IMG/VR virus record: IMGVR_UViG_3300030330_002183
Coordinates: 45,935-109,934 of that record
Source of the DNA: a virus
Lineage: Duplodnaviria; Caudoviricetes
Length of the DNA: 64,000 nt
Strand: one strand, 5' to 3'
Positions 27,201 to 39,200 of this stretch are shown here, one piece after another. Made by a program: the position numbers and the translations under genes. A model generated the notes under the pieces. The model was given only the letters and a program-made list of their open reading frames with translations, did no database searches and was not told the origin of the DNA. Within the stretch, counting starts at the first letter, position 1, and each line of letters begins with the position of its first letter.

Positions 27201-30200
27201 TATACTCTACAAACTCTTGCTTTGTAACAGGCAAACTTAATATTTTTAATGCACCTATTATACCTTCTGATGGTAATGATAAATCATTAACTGTTGCAGG
27301 ATCTGTTATTCTACCTCTAGATTTCCATAGATCTAATGCATAATTCATAGATGTTCCCTTCTTTCTAGCATCAGCTACCATGTAATCTAAATACTCTTGA
27401 TATTGTTGATTTACATTATCTGTTGCACCATACTCAATAAACTCTCCATCTTTCACATAAAACTCTTTCATATGAGTGTAAAGTTTATCAATATCAAAGT
27501 CAGCTCCTGATATTTCAACTAGCTCAGTTGGGAACATTGCAGATGATCCATACTCTACAGGTAAGAAATCTACTACTTTTAAGTTTATGGCTGAGTGTTT
27601 ATCCTGTGAAGGTATACGTACACCAAACATTTTAGCTACTACATCTGGCAAAGGTTGATTAGACTTTACTCTTGATAGTCTTGGATCCCATGCAGGCATT
27701 GCTGTTTCAGAATAAGTAAGACCAGTTTCATTACCATCTTTATCATACTCTTTAACATTCATTCTTAGCTCATCTAAGTATATGTCTCCTACTTTTAAAC
27801 CAGAGAATGTTCTTTCATCTTTATTATCATAATCTGTTTTAGCTAGTTCTTGTCTATTCTTTAAGTAGTCTTCTCTTCTTATTACTTCCCATCTACTTGG
27901 TTGTCCTGTCTCAGGATCAATAGCTAATACCTTCTTGTAAAACTTCTTACCAAAGTTAGATACAAGTGCAAAGCTTTCTCCAGTAATCTTCTCAGATAAC
28001 TGCCCCTTAGAGAAAAATGCTAAAAATAATTGTTGGAATTTATTTTGAGTTATAGGATTATTTAAATCATATTTCTGTGCACCTGTTTCATCAAGTTCAA
28101 ATAACTCCATAAATTGTGGACTTGAACCAGAAGCCATTAATGAAGAATGAGCATACTTTAAAAATGCACTTAAATCTACAGTAACTTCACCAAGCTCAAT
28201 ACTATCTTGTAATTCATCTTGTGCTTTTTGAAAATCAAATATTAAATTACGTCTTTGTAAATATTTAATCTCTACTCTATCTCCAAGTGATTTGTTATAT
28301 AAAGCTCTAACTTCACCTAATGACATTTCTTTGTCACCTATTTTTACTATAACATTATTATCTTGCTCACTTGTAATAAGTTGTTTAATCTGAGTAGGAT
28401 CAGTTACAACTCCTTTATTAGAAGGTGTTATCTGCTGTAATCTCATATACTTTGCAGATAGATCAGTTACATAACCACTATTTATAAAATCATCATATTG
28501 TCCTTGATCACTTAGGTTAAAACCAGGATTTAAAATAACATTCTTTGGTACAATATTTTTCTTTACTGCTTTAGATGCAGAAGCTGGTACTGCAACTGAT
28601 ATAGTATCTATACCTTTTTCTTCTACAGATTCCATTGCAACTCTTAAGTTATGCAGTTCTACTGAATCAGGTAAAGCTGTTTCAAAGTTTGTTTCTGGAT
28701 CAGAAGTCAATCTCTTTGATAATACAAAAGCAGACATTTTTAAGAATACTTCACCATCAAAATATACAAACTTCTTAGAGTTCATTATAGCACCTAATGA
28801 TTTATATCCTGCTTGACTAACACCAGCACCATGAAATTCAGCTAAAGAAATATTTTCTCCTGCATCAATCTTATCCATGATTCTTGCTTGTGCAGAAGTT
28901 AAACTACCTATTCCAAACATTAAATATCTAAATGCTTTTGATGTATAATACATTTGTGCATCTGTAGATGTAACTGGTTTATCATCTGTTGGAATTCTTC
29001 CAAATCTTGCAGGTACATTTATATCTTCAAAAGTTATTAAGCTTATATGATCAACCGCATGATTTACACCTAAACCAGATTTAATATTACCCTCACTGTC
29101 AAATACATATGGCGCACTAATAAAACTTTGTGCACTTGGTCCAGCGGCATTTAATGCTTTAGCTCTTTTAATTTCATCTACAGAGTCTTTAAATAACTTA
29201 GTTGGATCTGATAAAAGAACTTGTTTGAATAATGTTCTATTTAACCATTCATTATAGAATATCTGTTTAAGGTTATGGTTATCAGGATTATTAGCAATAA
29301 GATTTAATTTTTCCATTGCTTTAGCTGCATTACCTTTAGTTTGACCTTTACTTGTTTTTAATCTTGTAAGTAGTCTATTATCTACAAAATCTAATGTTTT
29401 GTTATTTTGCAGTAATGTTAAATGTTCATCAAACTCTTGCTCTAATCTTTGTTTAATTAGATCTCTAATACTTACACCAAGATCTGCTTCTATTTGTGCT
29501 TTTGCTTCTTCATAAGTAAAGTTTTCTGTTTCATTAGCAGCTTTTTCTAACAAGTCAATTACTTGATCATTAATATCTTTTTGTTCTGTTGGTGTAGCAT
29601 CTGTTACTTCTATAACTCCTGTTGCTTCTAACAGAGCTTGTGTAGCAGGTGTAGGTTTTTCAACTGTTATAAAGTTTTCAGTTGTATTGCCCTTTAACCA
29701 ATTAGATAAAACTTTAGTTCTTGTATAAAAATCTTGATCACCTAACGTTACTTTATATTTGTTATTATTTGTTTTAACAGTAGTCATATCAGAACCAAGT
29801 AAATCTTGTAACTCTTCTATTGAATATGTTTCTGAACTAATAACACCTAAATTAGTAAATAGATATTTTTCTTGACTTAAAGTTTTATCACCTACAGTAT
29901 TAATAGAACCATAAATCTCAGAACCTGTTCTTAAATTAAGTTTAGCAACAGTTGCTGGATTCATTCTTACTAATTGTTTAGATCCTGGCTCTAAAGCTTC
30001 AATATTATTTCTTAATGTTTTTTGTACAGGTATACTTTGGTTTACACCAAGACTATTTAATTTTTTAACTACTGCTTTACTTTTACTTAATAAGTTCTTA
30101 CCATTATATAATCTATAAGCTCTACCAGAATCACTATCATTATATCCTAATACTTCATCTTCTGTATATCCTTGCTTTTGGAATCTTTCACGGTTAATTC

Positions 30201-33200
30201 TTTCTGACTCTGCTTTAATAACAGCATCTTCAAATTTATCTATAGTTTCTTCTGTGATTGTTGACTTACCAGCTTTATACTCTACAGTCATAAGTACAGG
30301 TAATGGAACAAAATCTGCTGTGTTAGATTCAGATATAACTGTAATATTATTTAATGTAGTTACATATGACTTAGATCTTTTCTTTCCATCAACCTCATCC
30401 ATATAACTTGTTTCTGTTACCTCTCCTGTAGCATTATTAAATGAAGATAAATACAAGTTAATTGCTAAAGCTTGAAACTCTGCACCAGATACAGAGCCAA
30501 AACTTTTATTATTACGGTTGTCTCCTAATTTATTATTAGCTTTATAATTACCATTATCATCAGCTTCTAATGATGTATATTTAACACCACTAGTTCTAGC
30601 TATTCTTAACTTACCACTTACTACTAAATCTCTAAATCTAGGATCTTTTAGCATTGCATTAGTAGTCATAAAAGGATTGGTTAACATTTCATCTAATGCA
30701 TCCTCTGTATTTAGTTCTGCTACTTTTTCTAAGTTGTAGGTTGGCATTTGATGTGCATAGATAAGTTTACCTTCTGCATTTCTAAATACTGTTGCACCAA
30801 CTGTAGAATCAAATATTGCATTTAGTTGAGCTAATTTTTTAATTCTAAATTTAACATCAGTACCTGTAGAAGATTCATTGTCATTATCATCAATATCTTC
30901 TTCAGTCATATCATAGTAAAGATTAGCTTTTGATCTGCCATCCTCAGTTTTACCATGTGCACTTATAGCAGATTTTATTTCTTGTAAATCTTCTATAGTA
31001 AATAACGTTGATGTATTAGGTTTAAATAGTTTTACAAACTTACGTTGTTCAGAAGTTTTATTTGGTACTCCTTCATTTAAAATAATAAATTTAACAGTTG
31101 CAGGAGCAAGTTTCATACCAACTGTATTAAATATATCTTGTGATATTTCTCTTGCAACTTTTTCTAATTCTGCATTTGTAATAGAATCTTTATTACTATA
31201 AAACTCTATCCTACTAAATACTGAAGCTGCTTTATTTTTTTCAGCTTCATTACTATTTAATTTATTAACTAATACAGAATAATGATCTTGCCAATTATCT
31301 ATTTGTGTAGATGCATCATCTCTTGATGTTGATTTAAATATATTAACAATACCTGCATCTTTATCTACTTCTAATTGATAGTAATCAGATCTTAATTGTG
31401 AAAATCCTTTTAGTATAGATTGGAAAAATCCTTGACTTCTAACTTGTTCATAATTATAATTACCTGCTAGTATATCTTCTGCAGAATAATCAGATAAATT
31501 AAACTTAGCTAATAAATCTCCTATAACAGCTTTAGTATCAGCATTTTCATTTTCAAAATACTTTAATCTAGCAAGCATTTGATTAGGATCAGTAATACCT
31601 GCCAAAGCTTTCATAAATGTATTATAAGTATTTACATAATTAACAGGTGCAAGAACTTGTTTTCCTGTTATAGGATCTATTACATTTTTAAATCTTGTTG
31701 CAAAAAATACACGGATACCTTTACTAAGTGATTTAAACCCACCAATTTCATTTGCAGATGCTTCAAAATCTTCATCATTTTTAAGTGATGAATCTAGAGA
31801 TAAATGATTTCTATCTAGTATAACTTCTGAATCCTCTATTTGTGTATCAAATAAATTTAAAAAATCACTTACACTTTTTACAACATCACTTTTATATTTT
31901 TGCAATCCTTCATACCTTTCATCTAATAAATCTAATTGATCATCATTTAAATCTTCAGCATAATATAATTCTCCATTTTCTTCTCTTGCAGGATTTTGTT
32001 CCTCTATATACTCATCTATAACTGAAGCAAGTAATTGTTGTGGATTATATTTACCATCAAAATCTTTTGACTTTGTTAATGCTTCTTGTTTTTCAAAAAA
32101 TCTTGCAGTAATAGTACCAACAATAAGTTCTGTTTCTTGTTGTGAAAAATAATTATTTATATAGAATATTTCTGTATCTTCAGATCTTGGTAGTAATCTT
32201 GTTGTCTGAATAGGATCTCCTTTACGTATTGCAAAGGCCATACTATTAGGTGCATTTATTTGTTCTAATGCTGTTCTAGTAAATCTATTATTTTGTATTT
32301 CTGCTGTTTTATATTTTCCACTATTTATATCATTAAATAAACCTTGAAGATCACCTTTACTATATGATAAAAACAAATCCTTAATAAACTGAATTAAACG
32401 TTGGAAAAAGTTTTTAGTTTCAGTATTAACTTTTGCACTACTTGGATTTTCTTTAAATAACTCAAATTGATCTGCTAAGTATTCTTCATAGATAACATCA
32501 TTAAGTTCTTTATTACTCATTTTAGAGTATGTTTCAGATAATGATCTCATATATGTTCTTGCCTCTAATAATGATTTTACAAATGTTCCGTTATCAATTT
32601 CATAACCTTTTTGTGAATTCATTAAAGAAGTAACCTCATCACTTGCAGCTCTTAAATATCTTTTAATCTCTGCTTCAGACAACATCATTCTAAATACAGC
32701 GTGAAATGCCTCATGGTATCTAAAACCTGTTTGATTACCAACATAAACAGTACCGGATAAATCTTTAATACCCTTAGATATTTTACCAACCTCTATAGCA
32801 AAAGCTCCAAGTGTAATACCTTTACTAATAAGCCTTCTACCTAAATCATCTACATCTTTAATTCTTATATACTCTGGAAGATTATCATTAGCCCATTTAA
32901 TAAAGTTATTAATTTCTTCTACATTTCTTTGATCAAAATTAGTTAATGTAATTTTACCTATTAAACCTTTCTTAAGTTCAGCAATTTCATTTTCTAACTT
33001 TTTAACCTGCTCATTATTTTTTACAAAAGTTCTAGCTTGTAATTTATATTTACCTTCAGTTTGACCAGGGTTATCTTTTTTAAGATCATTTATAACTTGA
33101 TTTCTTAATTTTAGTTTATACTCTTTGAGCTCTTGTTCTTTTCTTGCAATCTTCTTAGCAAGATCTTCATTACCATACTCTGCTTGTACACCATCTTCAT

Positions 33201-36200
33201 TCTTTTCTAAAGCTCCTTCTATTGTAGAATTATTTCCTGCAAGTGATAAATCTAAACCACCTTGTTCTCTATATGCTATTGCAATATCCTTCTCTATTTG
33301 CTCTAGTTCATCAAAACCTACATCATTAATTTTTTGTCTGATACCTTCAATAATTTCTTCAGGTATATTTTCAAAATTATTTTCAAGTAACTCATTGTAT
33401 ATCTCTTGAGTTGTTGGCTGTGCTGTTGTTGTTGTAGGTTGAGGTTTAGATTCTACTTTAGGATCAACATTAAGATTACTCATAGAATCTTTAATGTTAT
33501 CTTCATTAGTATAGTTTATATCAAGTCTTTGACCCCATCTTAAACCTGGAATTATATTAGCTGATAATCCTATTCCTTGTAGCTCAGAAACATCAGATAA
33601 GTTTCTTGGTAAATTAGGTACAAAACTTTGATCATTTAATTCTAATTTAACACCTTGATCTTTTGCATCAGTGCTTTTATTAATTCTATTATTAATAATT
33701 ATTGCAAGACCTTTTAGATCAGAAATTTCATTTAAATCTTCAGCATTTAAATAATCTTTTACTTCTTTGTTATCTTTAGTTTTAACTGCAATTTCTAAAC
33801 CACCTCTTTTATTAAATCTTAAAAATACATTTGTTCCTGGTACAGCTGTTTGTATGTAAAAGTTTAATTCATTTAATTTTGCACTAGCTTCATCACCTAA
33901 TTCAGCTGGATCAAATTTATCTGTTTTAGATTTAAATTTACCTTTATCATCTTTTACTTCTGAAATAAGTTCTTCTTGTATGCTTTTAATATCGGATACA
34001 ATTTGTTTACCATCTTCATTTGATATTGCATCTAATTTAATTTCAAAGTATGCTATAGAACCATTATCCATGGTAACAAACTGCACATACCTACCCATAC
34101 CTAACTCACCTATATTATTAAAGCCATCTTTTTGTAGCTGATTAAATATCTTTAATTGTATGTCTTGTTCTTCTCTTGAACCTGGTTCTAAATTTTTAGA
34201 TGGTACTAACGTAGCTCTTCTTATACCTTTAGAATCTTTTCTTGTATCATATATAATTGTGTATTCACCTTTTTTAGTTGAGAATGTTTTTGAGTCTAAA
34301 TCTTCATATGCTGTTGATGATGTTTTACCACCTCTAAGAACAGGTTTACCGTTTTTATTAACTCTCCAACCAAGATAACCTGGTGTAATATTTAATTCTA
34401 CATTATTTAAATCATTAATGTCTACAAATAAACTTTGTGCATCACCTAGTTTATCTTTTAGCTCTTGTGTAATTAATTTAGCTTTTGTATAATTTCTTCT
34501 TACAGATGCTGCTAACTCTTCTGCACTTTGTCCTCTATTCTTAATAAATAATCTTTCTGCTTGTTCTGGTGTTATCTTACTACCATTTATTTTAGTACCA
34601 TCAATATCAAAAAGCAATGTATTTGTAAGACCTGTCATAATACCTATAGGCTTATCATTATACATTATTGTTATCTGATATTCATTCTGTCCATATCTAA
34701 GTTGATTATTTGCTGTATAGCCTGCCTCTACATTATACTCTTTACTATTAGATTGATCTTCTACATAATCTGGATTTTTTTCTATTAAGAAACTAATCTT
34801 AGATTTACTATCAATAGATATAGTTTTTAATAGTTTTTCAAAATTGTCATCTTGATTATAGTTAATATCATCATATTTGCCGTGCAACGCAAAACCAGGT
34901 TTAACTTTAATACCATTAAAAGGTATAATTTGTATAGGTTGAAACTGTGATACTTTAGTTGTAAGTGAGCCAACAAGATTTACATTTTCTTGTTCTACCT
35001 TTTCAAACCCTTCTTGAGTAAATTGTGTTTCAGTTATAAATCTTCTATCATCTTCTCCTTTCTTTTTATCTTTGTTGTTAATAGGTACTATAAATAAATT
35101 TTTAAATGTAGACACCATTTTAGGAGTAGACTTTATTATATATAGATTGCCTGATGAATCTTTAATTATATCATTAGTATTAAGTTTTTTACCAGCAAAG
35201 TTTTTAATTACTCCAGATTTAGACATATTGTTTTTATACCAAGAGTAAGCCTTTCTTGCTCTCTTTTCTAAACCTTTAGTAGTTTCTTTTGGTAATAATG
35301 CATATCCTTCTGAGATATATTTTCCATCAGGATCTAAATTACTATACTTATTATAAAGATTATTACCTTTAGCATCTACAATAGTATATACAACTTCTGG
35401 TTGACCTTGATCATTAATAGTAGTTGTCTTAATAAGATTTATTCCTAATGCATCATCAGATACAACCACTTCTTCTGTTGCATCTAATTTATCTTTAGCA
35501 ATAGTTCCTTTACCAGCAAACTCTATTGATACATCAGAAAAGTCTAAATCATTTTTTGTAAGTATACCATTTGTTCCAACAATTAAAGGATTTCTTTGGT
35601 TAGCTTTTAACCATTCATCCATAGTAGGATATTTGGTTTTATCTATACTCTCATCATTTTGATAATACTGATCTAACTCATATCTAGATTTAATTATATT
35701 TTTACCACCTTGTACAGAAGCTGCCCATTGATTTAATGACATAAATGGACCATCATTTACAGTGTAAGATGATTTATATTGTGCATATAGTTTATCAATA
35801 ATCTCTTGAGTATTCTTATCTTTTTGATAGAACTGTTGATATTTAGTTCTACCTACAATACTTTCAAAATCTGGTTCTGTAGATGAATCTTCTTCTTGTG
35901 ATTGTGTTTCTTCAGCTTGAGTTGTTTGTCTTTGTGCATCTTTTGATTCTGCAGTTTCTACTGATTGAGATTTTTTAAGATCATCAATCCTAGACATAAT
36001 TCTTTTATATAATACAGGATCAGACTGTTGTGTTACCTCCCCTTCTTCAGTAAAGTAACGCATAGGTATAATACCTCTCTCAAGAAATAAAATTGTTTCA
36101 TCTGGATCAGGCTGAACACCATCTTCTGCTGCTAAAGCCTTTAACCATTCTAAACGTATTTTTTTATTTTGATATTTTTCTAATCTTTGAGTTTGATTAT

Positions 36201-39200
36201 TTTTATCAGTATATTCTTTATATATATCTCCCATAATATCAGAGATTCTTTCTATATACTGATCCATGTATTCTGGATTCATCAAAGTCATATGAGCTCT
36301 ATAGTAATCACCAGCTCTTCCTTTTAAATAACTGTGATCTATAATATCTCTTATAATATTTTTTAAATCCTTACCTTCTAGTAATTCATTCTTACTTTCT
36401 GCAACAAATGTTACATAGTCTATAAATGCTTTTTCTAAACCAGATGATTTAATTTTTCTTCTATCAAATCTTCCTATTGTTCTTGTTTTACCAGCTTCAC
36501 CTTTGGCACCAAATATTGGTTTACCTTCTTCATCTACACCAATAATATCTTGAAATTGTATACCTTCACTTACTATAGAATTTTCTGGAGCATCTAAAAT
36601 TTCTTGAAACTTAGAAAGTAATTCAAATCTTTTCTTTTTATTTTCTAATAAAGCTTTTTCTTCTTTTGTTACTCCTTTCTTTTTAAGCTCTTCTTCAAGT
36701 AATGCTAATTCTTTTACAAGTTTTGTAGGATCAGTTAATACATCTATATCAAGAGCATTTAAAGATTTAAGACCATCCATATTAGCAAGTCTTTCATAAA
36801 TCTCTTTAGATCTTATCAATGATGTTTCAAAAGTATTTTTAGTATATAAAGCCATCATTCTTGCATGTTCAAATGCGGCTTTCTTTATTACCTCTTGTTG
36901 ATATTCTCTTGTGCCTTTATCAAATTTTTTAGGGTTAAATGGATTTACAAATGTTTCATTAAATTCATTATAGTTTTTTTGAACTTCTTTTGCTCTATCT
37001 GTAAACTTATTTAATCTTTTTCTTAATGTATCTGCTGATGAATTTGGTGCTGTTTGAGCAAAAGCTTCTTTTAAACTTTTGTCATCCATCTTTTTCATAT
37101 CATTAAGCATATTAACAAAGATTGGCATCTTACCTGTAGAAGCAGCTAGCTCTAATGCACTAAATATAGCATGATCTTGTGAGTCAAAGAAACTTAATAT
37201 ATCCATTGCATCTGCAGAAGCAAACATTGATTGATTAAAATTCTTTTGTTGTAGTGCGTTTAGTTTAGTTTTATCAAAAAACTTTGCAGGATCAGCATGT
37301 ATTTCATTAAGAACTTTTACTAATTGTTCTCTAGCTTCACGTTTTTGTTTAACAAATTCATCCCACTTACCGTCCTTCATGTATTTACTATATCCTTTTT
37401 TAAATATATTAGGTACAGTATTAAACATAAATCTTTGTGGTCCTTGAACCAAACCACCCATTAGGAATCCGGACATAAATGTTTTAAATCCTTCTGTACT
37501 GTATTGTGAAGAAACACCTCTTCTAACTGCAGCCATAATATCTATAGCAGGATTTCTATCTAAAGTATTTGTTCCTAAAAATGTTTTTCTTGCATCTTGA
37601 TAATTTAAAGTCATTTCAGCTAATTGCATATCTAAATCAGCTGACATATCCATATTATATAAGTCTTTATAGAATGCTTTTACACCAACAGTTGTTGCTT
37701 CTTGTGCAATTTCTTGAACACCTTCTGCAAAGTTTGCAATAGAATATTTTAAACCAGCTACAGCAGAATGCCTTAATGTACCAGCTGCACCAGCTTGATA
37801 CATTCTTCTAAACACATTACCTATAAGCCAGTCATCTCCTAAATCTTTAAATCCTTTTTTTGCTCCTCCATAAAATATACCTCCCCATGCTGAGCTTAAA
37901 GATTGTGCTGTTTTATTTGCTAAAGGTTGAAAACCTCTCATAGCCGTTCCTAATGATAACCTATTAGAAAAATAAATAATAGGAAAATTAATCATTTGAG
38001 CTGTAAATGCACCTTGTCTTGCATCAGCTGCAATCATGTTTAATTCATCTATTGATGGAGCATTATTTTTATTAGCGTGATATATATCTTTATATAGTTG
38101 ATCTCTTAGTTCCATTTCTACTACACCACCTTCCATTTTAGATTCAGCCCAAGCTAAATTAACATTTCTTATATCTCTATAAAAATTACCAAAATGAATA
38201 GCACCTTTTGCAAGGTTTGTCATATTTTCACCTGCTTTTGCAGACTGTGCAATTCTTCTAAAACCTTGTACAGTTTGAGGAACTAATAATCTACCCATTA
38301 CTCTACCTGTTGCAAGTGTTCCTGTTCTTGCTGCATTATACCAAGCTTTAGCATTATCAAGTTTACTTAATTTTGTCATTAAATTAGTTGCAGCACTTGT
38401 ATATGTCTTTGCGGTAAATAGTCTTTTAATAGCATCTGCACCTCTTTTAATATTAAATCCAGTTCTTACTGCTGCAGCACCACCTGCACCACCACCACTT
38501 GCTGCAGTAGCTAATGCTAACGCTACTTCTTCTACAAGAATATTACTAAGAATACCAATAGTGTATGCACTATTAACATATAAATCATTAACAAAACCTC
38601 TTGTACCTCCACTGGATGATCTACCAATTCTCATAGCATCTTCCATTGCTTGTGCACCTTGTAGATCAGATAAACTATAATCACCAGAGAACCAATCTCC
38701 TATAGCTCTATAATTGGAAGTAAATGCATCATCAAACATTGAAGAGAATGCAGCACGGGATCTAGTAAAATTATCCCACTTACTAGAGTTAGAATTATAA
38801 TATGCATCATTATCAGCAAAAGGATGAAATCCTAAATCTTTAAATCTAGGATGATTATAATATCTATCTAATTCATATTTTCTAGAACTATAGCTAATAG
38901 GATCCATATACTCTGGAGTCATATTAGGTTCTGCTTGTGCAGCAGTTACATCCTGTGTGCTAGATAAAAAAGCTTCTCTCCCTTCTGCAGTATTTAAATT
39001 AAATTTACCTGTATCATTTTCAAAAGGACTAAATGCATCTCCAGATATACCTGGATAAGGAGCATTAATATTACTATTTGGAAGTTGTGTAGGATATTTA
39101 GACATGTCAATAGCATGAGCATCTAACATATCTAAAAACGGTTGATCATCAAACTTTGGTTGTGATTGTATTGCAATATCAATTGCACCCATAAATGAAT